From the NCBI GenBank assembly GCA_024278445.1, contig JAJRTC010000254.1, positions 1 to 34,915 of the forward strand: a DNA stretch of 34,915 bases, given 5' to 3'. A program made the position numbers and the translations under genes. Shown piece after piece: positions 27,626 through 34,915 of this stretch; position 1 is the first letter of the stretch; each line of letters starts with the position of its first letter. The notes beneath the pieces were generated by a model. It did not search any database, was not told the origin of the DNA, and saw nothing but the letters and a program-made list of their open reading frames with translations. The DNA is from Nitrospirota bacterium (lineage in GTDB: Bacteria > Nitrospinota_A > UBA7883 > JAJRTC01).

Positions 27626-27785
27626 GGTAGTGGGTCAGTTTGCGCATTGTTGTCTAAAGCCCATTCGATTCACTTCGTTCACTCAGGGCAGGCTCCGCGA
27701 AGCATCTCGAATCTATTCTTATCGTGTCAGATGTAATTCGAGATTCTTCGCCTTTGGCTCAGAATGACCAAACTGACTCACTACT
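27626..27785 (-). mobile_element. MITE copy 2 (inverted orientation)
   Basis: Reverse complement of copy 1 with the same TIRs; no target-site duplication seen. Confidence 0.85.
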
Positions 27786-28071
27786 CATATAGTATTGGTT
27801 AAAAAAGTTATATGGATAAATAAAAATTCAGTAATTGAACTATCATCCAATTGTTCTTGCGATAAAATTACTTGAGCCGTGCAAGGCCCTGTCTCTTACC
27901 GCACATCTGGCGCAGGCTACCTAAAATATCGGCTATCCAGCACAAGACGCTGAATTTTATATTTTTGTTACATGGACTTAGAAATCATAATATAATCGGG
28001 CAACCATGCTTCTTTCCTTGGAACTGGTATTTTTCTGTTAAGTACGACATGTTAAACAGAGCGGATTAAAC

Positions 28072-29229
28072 ATGGCGCATGAGCTTGCGGATACCAAAAT
28101 CCTGATAGTAGACAATCAGGGTGAGATACGCAATATGCGTGAAACCTTGCGGGATATTGGCTTTAATTCAGTGAAAGACCTGACATCCGGTCTTAAAGTA
28201 TTAACCGAGATACAGAAGGAAACGCCAGACGTCGTTCTGGTTAATTACTATCTTCCACAATACTCCGGCATGCAGGTTTTCAAGTCTTTAAGCGGAACCC
28301 AAGCCTTCGCTTCGGTCAAGTTTATCATGATAGTGCCCAAAACAGATTCCAGGAAAATTAAGGATGGCATCCTTGCCGACGGCATTTCAACTCTGCTGGA
28401 GCGTCCCTTTAGTCTAGACGAACTGCGCGAATCTATCTTCAGCCTGTTCGGGATGGGTATGGAGCATATGAAGCAGGTTGCCGAGGCTCAAATGCAGGAA
28501 GGGCATGAGCTTTTTGAGGCGGGCGATTATGAAAACGCGGTTCAGAAGTTTCGAGAAGCGGGCGATGTTGTTTCAAACCCGGAGTCTGTCTTTTGGCAGG
28601 GGCGATGTTACCTCGAGATGGGGATGTTCGATCAGGCCAATGCGTCGTTTCAAAATGCCAACAAGGGGAAAAGGTATCCTGGTATCAGCAAATGGCAGGG
28701 GTTTTTACATGTAGCCAAAAAAGACTATAAAGAAGCTATGACTCACCTTGAGAGAGCTATAAAAGAAGACAAGGCCGATCCGTTTTTGTTGGTAGCGCTT
28801 GGGAAGTGTCAGCTTTTCATTGAAACGGAGAGTATGGCCGAAGCTTCATTTAACGGGGCGACATCTTTAGCGCCGGACGACGAAAAGGTAAAACTTGAAA
28901 TCGGCAACGCCTATCTTGAAAAAGAACTTTATGATAAGGCCGAAAAGATGTTTGGCGCGGCCATCAAAATAGCGTCGAACGATATACAGCTATATAACCG
29001 CATGGCCATTGCCTTGCGAAAGCAGGGAAAGTTCAAGCGGGCCATAGAAATTTATGTAATGGCGCTAAAGATAGACCCTGAAAACGAGGGATTATACTAC
29101 AATCTGGCCCGCGCCCTGCACGAATCTGGCGATGATGAAAAGGCCATCAAAGTTTTGAATAAAGCGCTCGACCTCGATCCTGAGTTTACAGAAGCTACTG
29201 CGCTTAAGAACGAGTATACAAAAGGCTAG
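28072..29229 (+). CDS. Atypical (pseudo-)receiver domain + TPR-repeat protein
   Basis: REC-like ILIVDN..PDVVLVNYYLP..SG..LERPFS followed by TPRs (YNRMAIALRKQGK, YYNLARAL). Confidence 0.88.
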   Translation: MAHELADTKILIVDNQGEIRNMRETLRDIGFNSVKDLTSGLKVLTEIQKETPDVVLVNYYLPQYSGMQVFKSLSGTQAFASVKFIMIVPKTDSRKIKDGILADGISTLLERPFSLDELRESIFSLFGMGMEHMKQVAEAQMQEGHELFEAGDYENAVQKFREAGDVVSNPESVFWQGRCYLEMGMFDQANASFQNANKGKRYPGISKWQGFLHVAKKDYKEAMTHLERAIKEDKADPFLLVALGKCQLFIETESMAEASFNGATSLAPDDEKVKLEIGNAYLEKELYDKAEKMFGAAIKIASNDIQLYNRMAIALRKQGKFKRAIEIYVMALKIDPENEGLYYNLARALHESGDDEKAIKVLNKALDLDPEFTEATALKNEYTKG

Positions 29230-30044
29230 CCTTTAGTTTCATTCATGCTTCCTTGTCGATATCCTTTGATATCGACTGATACATAAAGAAATCCGGCTTT
29301 TTTCAAGGCTTTATATATAGAATCCGCAACGGTTGCGTCTATTGCCCTTGGGATATCCTCTTTTAAAAACTCGATACGGGCAACTTCGCCGTGATGACGC
29401 ACCCTCACTTGGGAGAAACCGAGCCTGCGGATAGCAGATTCAGCGGTTTCCACCATTTTCAAGCTTTCGGCGGTTATGGAAGAGCCATATGGCAGACGTG
29501 AGGCAAGACATGCATAGGCAGGTTTATCCCAGGTAAAAAGCCCCATTTTTTTGGAAAGCGCCCTTATTTCATCCTTCGTCAAGCAGGCTTCCTGTAACGG
29601 GCTTATTACGCCTTTTTCATCCCGTGCGCGCAAGCCTGGCCTGTGGTCGCTTAAATCGTCGGCGTTGGCACCGTCGAATATGGCTGTAATACCTTCATTT
29701 TTTGCAATAGAGGCCAGCTTTTTAAAAAGCTCGGTTTTGCAGTGATAACACCTGTCGGGCGGGTTTTTGCGATAGTTCTCATTTTTAAGTTCGTTTGTGT
29801 CTATTATAATATGTTTCGCGCCAATTTCTTCCGTTATCTTCTTGGCGTCGGCAAGTTCCGAAGCGGGGAATGATGCTGAGTTTCCGGTTGCGGCCACTGT
29901 TCTGCCCCCAATTTTTTTAAGGGTGTCGTGGCAAACTTTAAGCAGAAAAGAGCTATCTACACCGCCTGAGAAGGCAACAATAACCGATTTTTCATTCAAA
30001 ATCAGTTTTTGCAGGCGGGCAAGTTTTTCGTCAATGACGTTCAT
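29226..30044 (-). CDS. larE: ATP-dependent sacrificial sulfur transferase LarE (PP-loop)
   Basis: AFSGGVDS, RCYHCK, DGANADD..DHRPG, ACLASR and QVRVRHH motifs. Real start at 30044; the track extension to 30254 reads through the MITE. Confidence 0.92.
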   Translation of the reverse strand: MNVIDEKLARLQKLILNEKSVIVAFSGGVDSSFLLKVCHDTLKKIGGRTVAATGNSASFPASELADAKKITEEIGAKHIIIDTNELKNENYRKNPPDRCYHCKTELFKKLASIAKNEGITAIFDGANADDLSDHRPGLRARDEKGVISPLQEACLTKDEIRALSKKMGLFTWDKPAYACLASRLPYGSSITAESLKMVETAESAIRRLGFSQVRVRHHGEVARIEFLKEDIPRAIDATVADSIYKALKKAGFLYVSVDIKGYRQGSMNETKG

Positions 30045-30087
30045 TATATTCAGGAGTATAACGCAGTAACGCGATATACAAAAGCGT

Positions 30088-30251
30088 GGTAGTGGGTCGG
30101 TTTGGTCATTCTGAGCCAAAGGCGAAGAATCTCGAATTACACCTGACGCGACAATAATAGATTTAAGATGCTTCGCGGAGCCTTCCCTGAGTGAACGAAG
30201 TGAATCGAATAGGCCGGCGCATGACAACAGTGTGCAAACTGACCCACTGCC
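30088..30251 (+). mobile_element. MITE copy 3
   Basis: GGTAGTGGGTCGGTTTG ... CAAACTGACCCACTGCC; flanks AAAAGCGT and CAAAGCGC (6/8 identical, a decayed TSD). Confidence 0.85.
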
Positions 30252-30355
30252 CAAAGCGCGCTTCTCTTGCTAGGCTGAAGGTAAAATGTTAGATTAAGCC
30301 CACTTGGAAAGCGTATATCTGCTTTAACTTGCTGTAGTTTAATCGGGAACTAAAA

Positions 30356-31891
30356 ATGTCGAGAGAAAACTGGGGTAGCAGGATGGGTATCATCCTGGCG
30401 GTGGCAGGTTCTGCCGTTGGGCTTGGTAACTTTTTGCGTTTTCCCGTTCAGGCGGCGCAAAACGGTGGCGGCGCGTTCATGATTCCTTACATAATCGCCC
30501 TGCTTGTTGTCGGTATCCCGCTCTGCTGGGTTGAGTGGACGATGGGCCGTGCGGCCGGAGGGCGTGGGCACGGTTCAGGCCCTGGCATACTTAATGTTTT
30601 CTGGAACCACCGCGCCGCGCGTTACTTTGGTGTTCTGGGGATTTTTATCCCGCTCATGATCTATTTTTACTACGTATATATAGAAGCATGGTGCCTTGCC
30701 TATTCGTGGTACGCCATTTCAGGCTCTTTGGGGTATGCGGCGGAGGCGAACGAGATGGGCGTTTTTCTCAAAGCCTTCCAGGGGCTTGCTAACAACCATT
30801 GGTTCTCCGGTATAAGCTCCGCCTATGTCTTTTTTCTCATCACGTTTTTTATTAACTTCTATTTTATATACAAGGGTGTGGTGAAAGGCATCGAATCCGT
30901 TTGCAAAATCGCGATGCCGATACTCGTTATTATGGGCGTCGTCATAATGATCCGTGTTTTAACGCTTGGTGCGCCAGATATGCTAAAGCCTGATTGGAGC
31001 GTAGACGGTGGTTTGGGGTTTTTATGGAACCCTGATTTTAGCCAGCTTACAAACGCAAAGGTGTGGCTTGCGGCGGCGGGGCAGATTTTTTTCACTACCT
31101 CTGTCGGCCTGGGGCTTATTATCACCTATTCCAGTTATTTAAAAGCGAAAGACGACGTGGCGTTGTCTGGTCTAACATCTATTTCCATAAACGAATTTGT
31201 CGAAGTTATCATCGGTGCATCTATCGCCATTCCGGCGGCGTTCGTTTTTTTCGGCCCTGTCGGAATAACGGAGATTGCGACAGGTGGCGCTTTTAACCTG
31301 GGCTTCGTCACCATGCCGATGGTGTTTGACCAAATGCCGCTAACTGCCCTGTTGGCCTTCATGTGGTTTTTTCTTTTGTTTCTGGCAGGTGTCACAAGTT
31401 CGATATCCATGTTGCAACCTGGCATCGCATTTTTGGAAGACGAGTTCGGGCTAACCCGTAAAAAATCTGTCACAATTTTAGGTGCTTTCTGTTTTGTAGC
31501 GGCTCAGCCAGCAATTTTTTGGCTCGACAAAGGCGTGCTGGACATGATGGATTTTTGGGCCGGTACTTTTGCCATCGTTTTATTTGCAACGGGCGAGGTT
31601 ATTATTTTTGCGTGGGTGTATGGAATCGACAGAGGTTTTCAGCAATTGCACCATGGGGCGGATATAAGGGTGCCTGCATTTTTTAAGGTTATCATAAAAT
31701 ATGTAACGCCTGCGTATCTCATCATTATTCTTAGCGTGTGGGTGTATCAGGACGCCGGAAGCTTTATGCCAAGCCCGGATGATCCGAATTTTGTCTACAA
31801 GGCAGGAACGTTAGGTTGCATGTTAGCGTTTATCGGTGTTCTTATAGCCGCTGTTGAAGTTGCGTGGCGCAGGAAGGAACTTAAATCATGA
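30356..31891 (+). CDS. Sodium-dependent NSS/SNF-family transporter (LeuT-like)
   Basis: RENW.SR.G.ILAVAGSAVGLGNFLRFP, NGGGAFMIPY and AAAGQIFFT motifs. Confidence 0.95.
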   Translation: MSRENWGSRMGIILAVAGSAVGLGNFLRFPVQAAQNGGGAFMIPYIIALLVVGIPLCWVEWTMGRAAGGRGHGSGPGILNVFWNHRAARYFGVLGIFIPLMIYFYYVYIEAWCLAYSWYAISGSLGYAAEANEMGVFLKAFQGLANNHWFSGISSAYVFFLITFFINFYFIYKGVVKGIESVCKIAMPILVIMGVVIMIRVLTLGAPDMLKPDWSVDGGLGFLWNPDFSQLTNAKVWLAAAGQIFFTTSVGLGLIITYSSYLKAKDDVALSGLTSISINEFVEVIIGASIAIPAAFVFFGPVGITEIATGGAFNLGFVTMPMVFDQMPLTALLAFMWFFLLFLAGVTSSISMLQPGIAFLEDEFGLTRKKSVTILGAFCFVAAQPAIFWLDKGVLDMMDFWAGTFAIVLFATGEVIIFAWVYGIDRGFQQLHHGADIRVPAFFKVIIKYVTPAYLIIILSVWVYQDAGSFMPSPDDPNFVYKAGTLGCMLAFIGVLIAAVEVAWRRKELKS

Positions 31892-32061
31892 CTGCTGGCG
31901 GCTATATCATGATGATCGGCAGTTGGGTGTTTATAATCGCTCTTGCGTGGTTTTGTATGCGGAAGGTTTTAACGCTTCGCAAAGCGGATGCGGAAAATAT
32001 AAAACCGATTTACGAGATCGACACCGGCGACGTGGAGAAAAAAGAGGAAACAGATGACTAA
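31888..32061 (+). CDS. Small single-TM protein, candidate NSS small subunit (MetS-like)
   Basis: MTAGGYIMMIGSWVFIIALAWFCMRKVLTLRKADAENIKPIYEIDTGDVEKKEETDD*; ATGA overlap with the transporter stop; absent from the ORF track (57 aa). Confidence 0.75.
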   Translation: MTAGGYIMMIGSWVFIIALAWFCMRKVLTLRKADAENIKPIYEIDTGDVEKKEETDD

Positions 32062-32132
32062 GGACTGGGATTTTATAGAAAATTTACCAGAACATTGGCA
32101 AACTTTAACGTAAGCAGAATTGCTAATTAAGC

Positions 32133-32633
32133 ATGGCGTTGATACTAAAAATGCGTTTTTTTACGATTTCCCTTGTATTTGCAACTGTTTTCATCACTTC
32201 GGCTATGGCGGCAGATAAAGCCACGTTCATATGCGATGAAAAGGGTGAGGCGCTTATATCAGCAATAAAGGCATCCGACAGAATACTTTTGGAAAAGGCG
32301 ATAGTCGACGGTGCGGATATTAATTGCATACAAAAAAGTGGGCACTCTCCCCTTTTCTGGGCTGTTGGCAAAAGAAATCTGGAATTAACCATAATTTTAT
32401 TAGGACATGGTGCAAACCCCAATCAAGCGGCACAAAACGCCGGAATTACTCCTTTGATGATGGCGGCGAATTATGGTGATTATGAAATAGTGAAAAGCCT
32501 GCTAGACGCCAGGGGCGATGTTTTTGCCAAAAACAAATATGGCAAAACAGCGTTATTTTACGTGATAGGGAAAAAACAGAAAAAGATAGAGAAACTGCTA
32601 AGAAAAAGGATGAGTGAGGCTTCAGAGAAGTAA
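32133..32633 (+). CDS. Secreted ankyrin-repeat protein
   Basis: Signal peptide ending AMA; ankyrin repeats GHSPLFWAV, GITPLMMAA and GKTALFY. Confidence 0.88.
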   Translation: MALILKMRFFTISLVFATVFITSAMAADKATFICDEKGEALISAIKASDRILLEKAIVDGADINCIQKSGHSPLFWAVGKRNLELTIILLGHGANPNQAAQNAGITPLMMAANYGDYEIVKSLLDARGDVFAKNKYGKTALFYVIGKKQKKIEKLLRKRMSEASEK

Positions 32634-32644
32634 ACTTATTTTAC

Positions 32645-32764
32645 TGGACTTCCCCCGGTTCCAATGCACCTATCCCGTCACTCCACCATAGGTTTACCTT
32701 AGTCCGATGGAGTTTGAGAATCTGGTGGTTTAGCTTAGGTGTACACAAAAACGCGGGAAGATCA
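32645..32764 (+). mobile_element. Internally deleted IS3-family element (120 bp)
   Basis: TG...CA ends with imperfect IRs (TGGACTTCCCCCGG..TGCACCTA / TAGGTGTACAC..GCGGGAAGATCA); the interior encodes the transposase tail RHSTIG/YLSPMEFE. Confidence 0.75.
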
Positions 32765-32827
32765 TTTTGCATGGTATGCTGGCATGGGTTTCAATAAACT
32801 TTGTATTTTATGGTTATCTGAGAGTTC

Positions 32828-34438
32828 ATGAGTCTTTACATACTAGATAACCACTATTCATTTTTGCCAGATCATAGCTCAACCTATACTTTTGCAGGTG
32901 CAGATGGTCATGTGAAATGGCCCATGAAAAATGGAGCTGGTTTGGGGGTTGCCGGTACATGGAATTGCCTTTGGCGACTTGGCTATCATCCTCTTCTTGT
33001 TTCACCAGATCAACTGCCATCACCAACTCGTGATGATGTTCTATTCGTATATTTAGAAGGTTTTTTACTATCGAAAGGGCAATTAGCAGTCAATAGATGG
33101 CTTAGTGATGGAGGACGAGTTGTTTCTTCTGGCGATGCTTTATCATGGGGTGAGGTTTTTCCAGGGTCTGCTGTTAGTGAACAGGAAACCATAGACCATC
33201 CGTATCACGCGTTAGCCTTTAAATTTAATGAAGAGAATCTACCTAAGCTTATCGCTCCTCCTAAATGGCGTTATGCATTATTACGTTCGAATAAAGCCCG
33301 TGATTTTGAAACTATAGGGGCACTTTATGCGGTTGGAGGTGAACGTCAAACTCCATCTCGTGCAGATATTCAGCAAATTAATAATGGAGTGGCCATTATT
33401 AAGAAAGGCGGGCATTGGCATCTTAACGGAAATCCATTTGCCGCTTTTCAAGCATGGTTGCAGGGCCAGGAAAATATAAATACATGGTTCAATTGGTACC
33501 ATCGAATTTTTTGGTTAGATGAATATGTAGCATATTTAGGGAAAATTCTTATTCGATATGGCTCTATTCCTTCATCCACTCCGCGCCCGGGCATTCCTGG
33601 GTTGGGTTCAACAACATTAATTTTCAAACATGATCTCGACCTGTCCCGTGACACGTCCTGTCTGTCACTTGAAAATAAAATGAATATAGCTGGAGTTCAC
33701 CCCATTCTGATTGATCGCAATTCTAAATTTTGGGTTGATATGCTTAAAGAAAATCCATGCCATGAAGCGGCCTTTCATTACAATTCTATTAAGGGTAACA
33801 AACTCTCAAAGCTGTGGCGGTATATTTTTAATAAGCCCTTTCCTGCTTATAAACCGAATTTAAATGCAATATCAGGGGTTGGCCTGCTCAACCAAGTGCG
33901 GAAAGCTCAGAATAGAGGAATCGGAATACAAACTTTACATAAGCATGGGTCGTTTATTATTTACCCTGAACTGATAGATGCCTTAAATAAAGTCTATCAG
34001 GCAAGTAGCGAGACTCTTGGTGGGTCAAGTTTTTCCAGAGCAGAGATTTTGCGTTGGGGTATTGACAGAGTAGAAAATGTAAAAGGTTCTATCGGTGAGT
34101 GGCCTGATACCCAGTGTCCGTTGTGGTATCCATTTAAGCTAGCTCATGCAGGGCATAATGGAAAAATGCTATGTGGGTGGGAGATGACGTCTTTGATGGA
34201 GACAGAACCGCTCTTGTTCGAACAGATGCTAGATTACCAGATAGATGGAATCGAACAACGCATTATAACTATAAACTATCACCCGTATCATGCTACTGCT
34301 AAAACATTTGCGGAGGATGGGTGTCTACCATGGTTAAAGCGCAATATAGAGATAATGCAGGATAGGGGGGTCTTGGCGATGACTATGGCTGAGCTATTTA
34401 TGAAAATAAACGCACTTTCTCAGCATCAGAATGTGTAA
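32828..34438 (+). CDS. Hypothetical protein with a possible polysaccharide-deacetylase-like C-terminal domain
   Basis: Long AT-richer ORF; FKHDLD, FHY, YPF and NYHP motifs reminiscent of CE4/NodB-like barrels. Confidence 0.6.
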   Translation: MSLYILDNHYSFLPDHSSTYTFAGADGHVKWPMKNGAGLGVAGTWNCLWRLGYHPLLVSPDQLPSPTRDDVLFVYLEGFLLSKGQLAVNRWLSDGGRVVSSGDALSWGEVFPGSAVSEQETIDHPYHALAFKFNEENLPKLIAPPKWRYALLRSNKARDFETIGALYAVGGERQTPSRADIQQINNGVAIIKKGGHWHLNGNPFAAFQAWLQGQENINTWFNWYHRIFWLDEYVAYLGKILIRYGSIPSSTPRPGIPGLGSTTLIFKHDLDLSRDTSCLSLENKMNIAGVHPILIDRNSKFWVDMLKENPCHEAAFHYNSIKGNKLSKLWRYIFNKPFPAYKPNLNAISGVGLLNQVRKAQNRGIGIQTLHKHGSFIIYPELIDALNKVYQASSETLGGSSFSRAEILRWGIDRVENVKGSIGEWPDTQCPLWYPFKLAHAGHNGKMLCGWEMTSLMETEPLLFEQMLDYQIDGIEQRIITINYHPYHATAKTFAEDGCLPWLKRNIEIMQDRGVLAMTMAELFMKINALSQHQNV

Positions 34439-34465
34439 TATAAGCACAGTAGGCTATTAGGTAAT

Positions 34466-34915
34466 ATGAATAAAAACAATGTATTTCCCGTGCGGGTAAC
34501 GCTTGAGCTGACTAATGCCTGCAATCTGGATTGTGTGTTTTGCCCACGACAGAAAATGTCGAAAAATCTTGGATTTATTGAAGATAAGCTGTTTTACAAA
34601 GTCATTGATGAAATGGCTGAGTTTGTTCCAGTGGCGTTAGTTCCTTTTTTCCGTGGTGAGTCACTTCTTCATCCAAAGCTGGTTGAGTATATTCGTTATG
34701 CCAAAGAAAAGGGGATTGGGCCGGTTCAGCTTACAACCAACGCAATGTTACTTGATGATAATAAATCACGGTCCATAATTGAAAGCGGTGTTGATTTTAT
34801 TTCATTTAGCATGGATACAACCAACGCCAAAGATTATGAGGATGATAGGGTTGGTGCGGTGTACGACACTGTCGTGAATAATATCTTGCGATTTATTGAT
34901 ATTCGAAATCATGAT
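34466..34915 (+). CDS. Radical SAM protein (partial, runs off the window)
   Basis: MNKNNVFPVRVTLELTNACNLDCVFCPR (CxxxCxxC), GESLLHP and TTNA motifs; not in the ORF track. Confidence 0.92.
   Translation, partial: MNKNNVFPVRVTLELTNACNLDCVFCPRQKMSKNLGFIEDKLFYKVIDEMAEFVPVALVPFFRGESLLHPKLVEYIRYAKEKGIGPVQLTTNAMLLDDNKSRSIIESGVDFISFSMDTTNAKDYEDDRVGAVYDTVVNNILRFIDIRNHD

Noticed and set aside
30045-30254. 70-aa N-terminal extension of LarE
   Set aside because: Read-through of MITE copy 3; LarE similarity begins at Met 30044

Overview
Bacterial chromosomal window with four parts. (1) 1-7105, minus strand: a Wzy-type exopolysaccharide export/priming cluster (wcaJ-like priming transferase, a small secreted protein, outer-membrane beta-barrel, wza, wzc, CpsB/CapC phosphatase). 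It is divergent from a sigma54-type PEP-CTERM fibro-slime gene and a lapG-like periplasmic protease. (2) 9.7-14.7 kb: a decayed region (membrane-protein pseudogene, IS3 remnant), a sigma54-type secreted repeat protein, an aldo/keto reductase, and a JAMM peptidase-znuC-znuB operon. (3) 14.7-26.8 kb: a PyrR-regulated pyrimidine operon (pyrR-pyrB-pyrC-carA-carB-pyrK-pyrD). It is interrupted by an AT-richer DUF6978 + DUF1828/1829-like gene pair and by a transglutaminase-like gene. (4) 27-34.9 kb: small hypotheticals, a pseudo-receiver/TPR protein, larE, an NSS transporter with a small partner, an ankyrin protein, a mini-IS3 and the start of an AT-richer glycan-modification-like island. Three copies of a ~160-bp MITE lie in divergent intergenic regions. 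Best lead: the 142-aa secreted protein in the EPS operon carries a LapA-retention-module-like motif (AILAGADP-x4-EATAAG followed by a Gly-rich tail) about 3.5 kb from the lapG gene. This suggests an undescribed LapG substrate or decoy linked to EPS export. All family assignments come from motif recognition by eye; no searches were run.
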